The notes under the pieces are model-generated. The model made no database searches. It worked only from the letters and a program-made list of their open reading frames with translations, and was not told the origin of the DNA. From contig JAOTZF010000001.1 of NCBI GenBank assembly GCA_029861485.1, forward strand, positions 1 through 29,599: a stretch of 29,599 nt of DNA. Reading direction: 5' to 3'. The DNA comes from Thermoleophilia bacterium (GTDB taxonomy: Bacteria > Actinomycetota > Thermoleophilia > Miltoncostaeales > Miltoncostaeaceae). A program made the translations under genes and the position numbers. This document shows, piece after piece, positions 1 through 7,685 of this stretch (positions are counted from its first letter, which is position 1; every line of letters starts with the position of its first letter).

Positions 1-87
1 GCCGGGCAAGATCTCTCGCGAGGCTTTGGGGCGGTCGTAGTGTGAGGGTTCGAACGTGACCCACGCCCTGGGGTCAAGACGGGCCTA

Positions 88-203
88 GTGGGATTGAAGT
101 TGAACCCACACCCCCTGTAAATCGGATTGTTCGACATTCTTCAAAGCCTGAGGCTTCCTCCAAGATAGGCCGACGCAAGGAAGTGGGACTCAAGTTGAAC
201 CCC
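88..203. repeat. 116-bp direct repeat, copy 1
   Basis: Manual alignment with 1517-1632 gives 113/116 identity, with mismatches only at 118/1547, 126/1555 and 146/1575. 60/116 GC (52%), lower than the surrounding genes. Begins with GTGGGATTGAAGTTGAACCCAC and ends with GTGGGACTCAAGTTGAACCCC. Confidence 0.97.
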
Positions 204-282
204 GTCAGGCTGGCGCGCGCCCAAATCGCCGGCTGAGGGTATGCCAGCCGGTGCACGAAATGGTTGGAGGCGTGGTCGCGGC

Positions 283-1263
283 TCACATCGTGATGAGGAC
301 CTTGCCCCGGGCGCGCCCAGCCTCGATGTAGCGGATCGCTGCGGGGACCTCCTGCAGTGGGTAGGTTCGGTCGATGACGGGTATGACCTCTCCCGCTTCG
401 ATGAGTTCCTTCACCGACTGAAGCGCCTCTTTGCTGCCCTTGAAGAAGGGCGCATGGAGCGTCTGTTTGATGAACGGCGACAACATCATCGCGCGGAGGT
501 TGCGGTCTGTCCCACCGACCCAACGCCCACCCCGTCCGCCGATTATCACGAGGGTGCCGTCGGGCGCGAGCCCGCGCCGGAGGTGCCGAAGAGACCGGTT
601 GCCGGCGGTGTCCAGGATGACGTCGTAGCGCCGAACCCCATCCGCGAATTCCTCCTTGGTGTAGTCGATGACGTGATCCGCGCCAATCGATCGCACGAGA
701 TCCATCTTCGCCGTGCTGCAAAGGCCGGTTACCTCCGCACCGAGCGTCTTGGCGATCTGAACTGCGAACGTGCCGACGCCCCCCGCCGCACCGATGACCA
801 GCACAGTCTTTCCCGGCGTGACCTCCCCGAGATCGCGGAGCGCCCGCAAGGCTGTCGGACCGGACGAGGGCACGGCGGCCGCCTGTTCGAAAGTGAGGCC
901 CTCCGGCTTCCCAACCAGGGTGTCCGCCCTGGCGCACGTGTACTCGGCAAGGGAGCCATAGCCGGTACGAAAGCAGTCTCCGAACACCTCATCACCCGGC
1001 TGGAACTCGGTCACACTCGCTCCGATCGCCTCCACCAGGCCGGCGAAATCCGTGCCGCGCACGGGAACCTTAGGTTTGCGGAACCCGAAGCCCATCAGCC
1101 GGATCACGTAGGGCACTCCGGTGGTAAGAGCCAGTTCACCGGGATCAATGGCGGCCGCGCGAACTTCTACCAACACCTCATCGGGCCCGATCGCCGGAAC
1201 ATCGATGTCTTCGATACGAAGGACCTCGGGTGGGCCGTATCGGTCTTGGACCATCGCCTGCAT
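283..1263 (-). CDS. NAD(P)-dependent alcohol dehydrogenase/quinone oxidoreductase-like protein (MDR superfamily, likely Zn-independent)
   Basis: MQAMVQDRYGPPEVL N-terminus, GTDFAG in place of the GHE Zn motif, GAAGGVG Rossmann motif, C-terminal IDRTYPL...GKV. Start moved to ATG 1263, which has GAGGTG just upstream. Confidence 0.9.
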   Translation of the reverse strand: MQAMVQDRYGPPEVLRIEDIDVPAIGPDEVLVEVRAAAIDPGELALTTGVPYVIRLMGFGFRKPKVPVRGTDFAGLVEAIGASVTEFQPGDEVFGDCFRTGYGSLAEYTCARADTLVGKPEGLTFEQAAAVPSSGPTALRALRDLGEVTPGKTVLVIGAAGGVGTFAVQIAKTLGAEVTGLCSTAKMDLVRSIGADHVIDYTKEEFADGVRRYDVILDTAGNRSLRHLRRGLAPDGTLVIIGGRGGRWVGGTDRNLRAMMLSPFIKQTLHAPFFKGSKEALQSVKELIEAGEVIPVIDRTYPLQEVPAAIRYIEAGRARGKVLITM

Positions 1264-1516
1264 GGCACCTCTTCGCGTTGAGGCGCGGACGGCGCCGGTT
1301 CTCACGGATGTCAAGCAACGCTAGTCCGTGGTCTGACGCCGAGACGTCCCCGAAAGCCCCTGAAACGGTCTGCGGCAATGCCGCGCCGCGGGACGGCGGA
1401 GGTCACTCGCTCTATGGAGTGGAGCCTGTCCGCCTCAGACCTGCGAGCCCGGGAGCTGCTGCTATCGGATATCGCTAGGCGGTTGACGCGAGACCGCACC
1501 CGGAGTGAAACGGGCC

Positions 1517-1632
1517 GTGGGATTGAAGTTGAACCCACACCCCCTGCAAATCGGCTTGTTCGACATTCTTCAAAACCTGAGGCTTCCTCCAAGATAGGCC
1601 GACGCAAGGAAGTGGGACTCAAGTTGAACCCC
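1517..1632. repeat. 116-bp direct repeat, copy 2
   Basis: 113/116 identical to 88-203 at offset 1,429. Both copies are preceded by ACGGGCC(TA). Confidence 0.97.
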
Positions 1633-1776
1633 AACGTCGTCGGCCAGACGCCGGTCTGTCTGTGTTGGTTTGGGAGCGTCGGACGACTACGAGCTGACAA
1701 CGACCTCGCGTTGTGAGGTGGCGGTGGCATGCTTCTGGGGCAGATGCCGCCTCATCGTGGACTGACCATGAGGCGT

Positions 1777-4137
1777 CTATTCGTAAGCAAGCGTGTCACG
1801 GATGGTGAGCTTGGCTGCGACCCGCGCGGGGCGGGTTGCGCCGAGCGCTCCGATGACAAGCGCAATGGGAATCCAGACGGCGATGCCGACCCACGAGAGG
1901 CTGGCCGGTAGCGACGCCGCGAGCAGACTGCTGCCGATCACCTCGCGCAACAAGAAGTCCACCACGAAGGAGAGGGCAATCCCGAGCACGCATCCGGCCG
2001 CAGCGATGGCGAGCCCTTGGAGTAGCAGCAAGCGCGTAACGGCCCAACCCGATGCGCCAAGTGTGCGGATCACCCCGACCTCACGGGTCTGTTCGATGAC
2101 TCCGAGAGTCATTGTGCCGGCCACTCCGATCGCGGCCACGATCGCCAGGATGGCTCCGACCGCCAGCAGGAGAACAACGACGAGAACGAAGAGATTGTTG
2201 ACCAAGTCCCGGCGATCAGAGTTGGTTTGGACCACGCCGACCGGAATCCCCGCGTCGCGAGCGGTCGCCTCAATGCGGTCGGCGACTGCAGCCTGATCGG
2301 CGCCCGGTGCGAGTCGCACGGCCAGGAAGTTCGTCTGCCCGACCTCGCCGAGCTCGGCCGCCAGATCCTCGGTTGGCACGTAGACGACAGGGCCGACCAG
2401 GGTGGTGGTCGAAACACCGACGATTCGCCACTCGCGGCGGGCCCCCTCGATGTCGAGTACCACCTGGTCACCGACGCCGACATCGGATTCCTCATCGGCG
2501 AAGTGAGAGTTGACCACGATTGGATGGTCGTCGGCCGCCTCGAACCACCTACCTTCAATCAGGGTTGGGTCGATTGACGGCGAGCCGGTCGGTGCCGCGA
2601 TGAGGCTGACATTCTCGTTCTCCGTCCCATCCGGACGGATGCGGAACGCCTGCTTTTCGAACCAGCCTTCGACTCCTTCGACCGCCTGATCCTTCTCCAG
2701 GACCGCAGCGGCCGTCTTGAGTTCGGTGGTTTCGGTGAGTGCGAGCTCGACGTCATATGACCAGTAGCCGGCAACGTCATCACCGAGGCGCGAGAGGGCT
2801 TGACCGGTGCTGAGAACGCCGACAAGAACAGCGCCGCTCACGGCGATGGTCAGCACGGTGAGTACAAGCCGGGAGCGGTTTCGCACGGCGTTTCGATAGG
2901 CAAGCACTGTCGGTCGGGCGAAGGGCAGGACGGCCCGTCCTCGGCGCGCGGGTGTGGTGATTCCCCGGTCGGAGATTGCCTCTTGGACTGTGACGCGCGA
3001 GGCCCGGCGGACCGAGAGGATCACCGCGGCGATGGGAAGCAGCGTGGCGATCACGATTTCAATCACGATGGTCGCCCACGGGATACCCAGCGGCTCGAGA
3101 TCGAAATTGGCCAGGTCGGCAATGAAGCCGGCGAGGAACCGACCGGTCAGCACTGAGAGCGGAATCGCCACGATGAGGGCGCCCAGGGATAAGAGCAGCA
3201 CGTAGGCGAGGTATTGAGTGGTCAGCTGTCCCGATGTGCCGCCGATTGCCTTCATCACTCCGACCTGGCGTCGCTGTTGCGCCAAAAGCGCGGACACCGT
3301 GTTGATCACCAGGGCGACGGCAATCACGAGCGCAAGCAGCGACAGCAGCCGCATGATGGAGACGACGGATGCTATGGCGTTGTTGGCCCGGTGCTCGCTC
3401 GGCTCTTGAATGGCGCTCGACTCGATAGCAACGTTGGCCGGTTCGAGCACGCCATCGCGAACCGCGGTGGTCATCCCGATCGCCTGATTGCGATCCAACG
3501 GATCATCGGAGGCTCGGATGTAGAGCGAGTTGAGGAGTCTCGAGCCTGTGAGCTTGGCCATCGTCGCCATCGACAGATAGGCGCGTGCCGGACCACCGAG
3601 TGTGGGTGTGACTTCGTAGACGTCAAAGGCGGTCCCGTTGACTGGTAGATCGACCGGCGTCTTGCCGGGCAGGTTGATTGAGACCGTGTCGCCGACCCCT
3701 GCGCCCAGTTCATCGACCGACGACCGTTCCACCACGATTGCGTCGTTTGTCGGGGGCCACGTGCCGGTAGCGGGCTCAATTTTCGCAACCCGGTTCTCCG
3801 CGAAGTCGTTCATCGCGACGAGCTCCACGTTGACCGAGTCGCCCTTTGCATTGGTGACGCGCGTTTCGAGAATGCGCCGCCCCTCGACCTCGCTGACCGT
3901 CGGGTGGGCCGCGACGTCGTCCACCAGTTCGCTCGAGAATGGCTCGGTTCGCAGCATCGCCGAGGGTGGGTTGGCACCCAGGAAGCTCGACTCGAACGAG
4001 GTCCCAATCGTGGCGCCAGCCAAGTACATGGCGCCAACCGCGAGCATTCCAACCGCGAGCGAAGCAATCGCCAAGATCGAGCGTGACTTGTTGAATACGA
4101 GGTCCGAGCGGACCTTGCGCCAGCGCGAGCCCATCAC
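1777..4137 (-). CDS. ABC transporter permease, FtsX/MacB-like (two FtsX-type domains)
   Basis: 786 aa, two TM bundles each followed by Q(RR/TR)xVGVxxxxG(G/A) signatures, large extracytoplasmic domains. 4-bp overlap with the upstream ATPase. Confidence 0.9.
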   Translation of the reverse strand: MMGSRWRKVRSDLVFNKSRSILAIASLAVGMLAVGAMYLAGATIGTSFESSFLGANPPSAMLRTEPFSSELVDDVAAHPTVSEVEGRRILETRVTNAKGDSVNVELVAMNDFAENRVAKIEPATGTWPPTNDAIVVERSSVDELGAGVGDTVSINLPGKTPVDLPVNGTAFDVYEVTPTLGGPARAYLSMATMAKLTGSRLLNSLYIRASDDPLDRNQAIGMTTAVRDGVLEPANVAIESSAIQEPSEHRANNAIASVVSIMRLLSLLALVIAVALVINTVSALLAQQRRQVGVMKAIGGTSGQLTTQYLAYVLLLSLGALIVAIPLSVLTGRFLAGFIADLANFDLEPLGIPWATIVIEIVIATLLPIAAVILSVRRASRVTVQEAISDRGITTPARRGRAVLPFARPTVLAYRNAVRNRSRLVLTVLTIAVSGAVLVGVLSTGQALSRLGDDVAGYWSYDVELALTETTELKTAAAVLEKDQAVEGVEGWFEKQAFRIRPDGTENENVSLIAAPTGSPSIDPTLIEGRWFEAADDHPIVVNSHFADEESDVGVGDQVVLDIEGARREWRIVGVSTTTLVGPVVYVPTEDLAAELGEVGQTNFLAVRLAPGADQAAVADRIEATARDAGIPVGVVQTNSDRRDLVNNLFVLVVVLLLAVGAILAIVAAIGVAGTMTLGVIEQTREVGVIRTLGASGWAVTRLLLLQGLAIAAAGCVLGIALSFVVDFLLREVIGSSLLAASLPASLSWVGIAVWIPIALVIGALGATRPARVAAKLTIRDTLAYE

Positions 4138-4877
4138 GCCACCCTCGCGCGTTCTGAGACAGCACCGTCTTTGACTTCGACGATCCGACGGGTGCGCTCG
4201 GCCAGCTCCCGGTCGTGTGTGACCATGAGGATGGTCCGATCGCTCTCGACCAGCTCATCGAAGAGATCCATCATCGTGGACGCAGACTCCGAATCGAGGT
4301 TTCCCGTCGGCTCGTCGCCCAGGATGATCGGAGGGTCGTTGGAGAGGGCGCGGGCGATCGCCGCGCGCTGTTGTTGACCGCCTGACACCTCAGAGGGCAA
4401 CTTCTCCGCCTGGTCTGCGAGTCCGACCCGATCCAGAAGCTCGCGCGCAAACTCAGGCCGCTGCCGCCGAGGGTGGACCCCACAGAAGTCCATCGGAAGC
4501 ATCACGTTCTCGGCCAGGCTCAGCGTGGGAAGCAACTGGAAGAACTGAAAGACGACACCGACGTTCTTGCCGCGCCACCGCGCGGTCTCGTTTTCGTTGA
4601 GCGCCGATACCTCGACGCCGTCCACGACGACCCGGCCCTCGGTGGGCCGGTCAATGCCTGCCATCAAGTTGAGTAGTGTCGATTTACCCGAGCCAGAGGG
4701 CCCGACCACTCCAACGAACTCGCCAGCGCCGACCAACAGATCCGCGCTCTTTAGCGCGGTGAAGCTGATGCCACCGGTCGTATAGGTCTTCGATACCCCG
4801 TCAAATCTGATCAGCCCGGAGGTGTCGTCGTCGTTGGATGGCGAAGAATCGTCCTGAGAATGTCGTCCAAACCGCAC
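4134..4877 (-). CDS. ABC transporter ATP-binding protein (LolD/MacB-like)
   Basis: Walker A GPSGSGKS, Q-loop VFQ, signature VSGGQQQR, Walker B ILGDEPTGNLD, H-loop VTHD. Start placed at GTG 4877, 8 nt after GGAGG. Confidence 0.92.
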   Translation of the reverse strand: MRFGRHSQDDSSPSNDDDTSGLIRFDGVSKTYTTGGISFTALKSADLLVGAGEFVGVVGPSGSGKSTLLNLMAGIDRPTEGRVVVDGVEVSALNENETARWRGKNVGVVFQFFQLLPTLSLAENVMLPMDFCGVHPRRQRPEFARELLDRVGLADQAEKLPSEVSGGQQQRAAIARALSNDPPIILGDEPTGNLDSESASTMMDLFDELVESDRTILMVTHDRELAERTRRIVEVKDGAVSERARVA

Positions 4878-5583
4878 CGTCTGCACCTCCGTTGTGGTCT
4901 CCCGAAGGCTCTTCGGGGATCGCCGCGTGGCACAGGATGCGTCGGTCCCCCAGGGCACGCATCCGTGGCAATCCACATGCAGTTCGGGCGCTACTGGAGC
5001 GGCCGGACCGGGTGGCAGGCCCGGCCGTGAGCGAGAAGATGGCGTTTGGCGCCACTGAAACGCCTGGAACGCGCCACATTAGGGCGAGCAGCGATGCCGA
5101 GAAGCGAGCCAAGAAACCCCTGCATGACCATCATCCGGACTCCGTAGTTATCCGCATGCGGGAATCCGCCCGTGCGTAGCGCGACAACAAGGACTCACGA
5201 GTCCAAGGCCAGGCTGCAGCCAGCCAGGGTTCGGTTTTCACTGGACTACCGGCACGGGCCTGTATGCACCCGAGCTCACTGACCCTCGCCGCCGGACGAC
5301 CGACAAGGTCGGCCTCACGCCTTCGGCGGCGGGTCGATCTACGGGTTAGCTAGCGCTCCAGTCGGTAGTCGTCGGTGCAACGGGGTCAGCGCGAGGCCGA
5401 GACGCCAAGTAATGGTGGCGCAACTCGTCATCCTGGTCGGCCTGGATGTTGCGGAGATCTTCCGCGTGTAGTCAGCAAGAGTCCGGAGCGGGCCGGGTTC
5501 GAAAGCGACTCATTTCTTCGTGCTCGGCCGCAGCGATACGAAGACACCGCGACCAGGGGAAAGCCCCGTTGTCCACAGGACGT

Positions 5584-5614
5584 ACGGGCTTAGTGGGAGT
5601 GAGGTCGAACCAAA
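5584..5614. repeat. Degenerate single copy of the repeat-boundary site
   Basis: ACGGGCTTAGTGGGAGTGAGGTCGAACC (5584-5611) matches ACGGGCCTAGTGGGATTGAAGTTGAACC (79-106) at 24/28, same orientation. The rest of the 116-bp unit is absent here. Confidence 0.7.
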
Positions 5615-5798
5615 CCCGTTATCTCGCGATGGCGAGGACGGGCAAGCGCGGACTCTCGCCATTGCCGGGAGTCGCCCGTTGTTATCGGGGTTTTCCCCGG
5701 ATGCCTCGTGCCGCGAACGACCCCGATGATCTGCGCTCGAACGCGCGTTACACACGCCCGGTATTGGCGCGCGGCGAGTTCCGGGAGGGGTACGAAAG

Positions 5799-6359
5799 AT
5801 GGAAGGCAAACCGACCCCAGACGACCCGTCGGACAACGAGGCTGACGCCAGCGCGAACCGTCGCTGGCCGACATGGAGACGGCTCCTGTTCATCGTCGGG
5901 GCCATCGTGGTCGGGTTGCTCGTCCTCATCCAGGCGGTGCCCTACGGACGCGATCACACCAATCCCCCAGTGACGGCCACGACAACCTGGGACAGCCCGC
6001 AGACCCAGTCACTCTTTGCGACAGCGTGTGGCGACTGCCATTCCAACGAGACCGAGTGGCCGTGGTACTCCAACATCGCGCCGGTCTCCTGGCTGACCGA
6101 AAAAGACGTCAAGGACGGTCGCGAGGAGCTGAACACCTCGGAGGCGCAGTCCGAGGTTGAAGTCGAGGAGATGGTTGAGGTGATCCGCGACGGGAGTATG
6201 CCGCCGTGGTTCTACACCATTCCCCACCCCGACGCCGACCTCTCTTCTCGAGAGAAAGAGGCCCTCATCACGGGGCTTGAGGCCACCTTCCTCGGTAGGG
6301 AGACCACTGACCCACGAGGTGAGGAGGCGGAGTCTGAGGACGAGCAGGACGAATCCTGA
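5799..6359 (+). CDS. Membrane-anchored c-type heme-binding protein (Haem_bd-like)
   Basis: GGAGGGG RBS; N-terminal TM helix; CGDCH (CxxCH) followed by SNETEWPWYSNIAPVSWL; distal MPP motif. Confidence 0.85.
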   Translation: MEGKPTPDDPSDNEADASANRRWPTWRRLLFIVGAIVVGLLVLIQAVPYGRDHTNPPVTATTTWDSPQTQSLFATACGDCHSNETEWPWYSNIAPVSWLTEKDVKDGREELNTSEAQSEVEVEEMVEVIRDGSMPPWFYTIPHPDADLSSREKEALITGLEATFLGRETTDPRGEEAESEDEQDES

Positions 6360-6462
6360 GCATCCGGTCCAGCGAGTACTCCTCGTGTGACCCGTTCGAG
6401 CAGACCTAGCTGAACCGGCCTGGGGGTGATGGAGGCTTCTGACCGCTGAGAGGATGGAAGCC

Positions 6463-6780
6463 ATGAGCAAGAGGTATCCCCCGGAGATGAAGGAGCGCGC
6501 CTGTCGCCTGGTGGCCGACTGGCGACGTGAGCGACAACGATCAAACGGCGGCTTCAACGAGGTCGCGGCGCAGCTTGATGTCCACCCCGAGTCTCTACGC
6601 GGCTGGTTTCGCCAGTGGCAGATCGACGCCGGTGAGCAACCGGGCATCACGACGGAGGAGCAGAAGCGGATCACCGAGCTGGAGAGGGAGGTCCGAGAAC
6701 TCCGACGAGCCAACGAGATCCTCCGGTCTGCCTCGGCTTTTTTCGCGGCGGAGCTCGACCGCCCACGAAACTCGTCGTGA
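6463..6780 (+). CDS. IS3-family transposase OrfA (HTH)
   Basis: SKRYPPEMKERA...VAAQLDVHPESLRGW...ELRRANEILRSASAFFAAELDR, typical IS3 OrfA. Alternative ATG at 6454. Confidence 0.92.
   Translation: MSKRYPPEMKERACRLVADWRRERQRSNGGFNEVAAQLDVHPESLRGWFRQWQIDAGEQPGITTEEQKRITELEREVRELRRANEILRSASAFFAAELDRPRNSS
6738..6744 (+). promoter_or_regulatory. Putative -1 ribosomal frameshift site (T TTT TTC) joining OrfA and OrfB
   Basis: GCTTTTTTCGCG near the end of orfA, the usual position in IS3-family elements. Confidence 0.65.
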
Positions 6781-7685
6781 GCTACATCGACCAGCACAAG
6801 GACCAGTTCGGGGTCGAGCCCATCTGCGGCGCTTTGCAGGTGGTCTCATCGACCTACTACGCCGCCCGCTCGCGTCCGCCCTCTGCGCGCCAGCGCGAGG
6901 ATCAACGACTCAGTGCTGAGGTGATGCGCGTGTTCGAGAGCAACTACCGGGTGTACGGCAGGCGCAAGATCTGGGCTCAGCTCAACCGCGAAGGCATCCC
7001 GGTCGGGCGCGACCGGGTGGAGCGCCTGATGAAGCAGGCAGGCATCGCGGGAGCAGTCCGAGGAAAGAGAGTCAGAACGACCCGTCCGGACGAGCGCGCT
7101 CCACGTGCGCCTGATCTGGTCGATCGCGATTGGGCGGTATCTGCGCCCAATCGCGTCTGGGTCTCGGACTTCACGTACGTGGCCACCTGGTCGGGCATGG
7201 CGTATGTGGCGTTCGTGATCGATGTCTACTCACGACGGATCGTGGGGTGGCGGGTCGCCTCATCGATGCGCACCGCACTCGTGCTCGATGCGCTCGAGCA
7301 GGCAATCTGGGCGCGTGATGAGCGCCTCGAGGGCCTGATCGTTCACACCGACGCCGGCAGTCAATTCACGGCCATTCGTTTCACCGAGCGCCTGGCTGAG
7401 GTCGGTGCGGCACCATCGGTGGGATCGGTCGGCGATCCGATCGACAACGCGATCGCCGAATCGACCATCGGGCTCTACAAGAGCGAGCTGATCCGACGGC
7501 GCGGGCCCTGGCGCACCCTCGATGAGCTGGAGTTCGCCACCTTCGAGTACGTCGACTGGTTCAACCATCGTCGCCTGCACGGCGAGATCCGCCAGCGACC
7601 ACCTGCCGAGGTCGAAGACCTCTACTACCGTCAACGACCCGCCCCGATGGAGGGGCTCAACTCAGAAGAAATCGGTCTCCACTAA
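6777..7685 (+). CDS. IS3-family transposase OrfB (DDE integrase core)
   Basis: WVSDFTYV, HTDAGSQF, DNAIAES...KSE DDE triad; YVDWFNHRRLH C-terminus. Stop lies within the IRR. Confidence 0.95.
   Translation: MSYIDQHKDQFGVEPICGALQVVSSTYYAARSRPPSARQREDQRLSAEVMRVFESNYRVYGRRKIWAQLNREGIPVGRDRVERLMKQAGIAGAVRGKRVRTTRPDERAPRAPDLVDRDWAVSAPNRVWVSDFTYVATWSGMAYVAFVIDVYSRRIVGWRVASSMRTALVLDALEQAIWARDERLEGLIVHTDAGSQFTAIRFTERLAEVGAAPSVGSVGDPIDNAIAESTIGLYKSELIRRRGPWRTLDELEFATFEYVDWFNHRRLHGEIRQRPPAEVEDLYYRQRPAPMEGLNSEEIGLH

Noticed and set aside
88-203. Classical integron attC site (GTTGAAC fits GTTRRRY)
   Set aside because: The RYYYAAC/GTTRRRY boxes occur as direct, not inverted, pairs and the 116 bp does not fold into one long attC-type hairpin.
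88-1632. CRISPR mini-arrays (22-bp repeat, 73-bp spacer, repeat)
   Set aside because: Only two repeats per locus, the 'spacer' is too long and nearly identical in both copies, and there are no cas genes in the window.
1684-1693. 10-bp match CGACTACGAG to the tRNA-Pro 3' end and flank (8064-8073)
   Set aside because: Inverted relative to the tRNA and too short to be an att direct repeat; plausible by chance.
74-1730. ORFs sharing the peptide GFNLSPTSLRRPILEEASGFEECRT (74..937, 1311..1730)
   Set aside because: The shared peptide is only the translation of the non-coding 116-bp repeat; the rest of each frame is a shadow of the oxidoreductase or intergenic DNA.
4878-5560. Short ORFs in the ABC-heme intergenic gap (4801..5112, 4838..5179, 5375..5593, 5446..5973)
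   Set aside because: No recognisable motifs, Arg/Pro/Ser-rich composition typical of high-GC shadow frames, no convincing RBS.
5626-5665. Fluoride riboswitch (GCGATGG start)
   Set aside because: The segment forms a plain 11-bp stem, lacks the downstream pseudoknot/GCTGATGAC-like motif, and no crcB-type gene follows.
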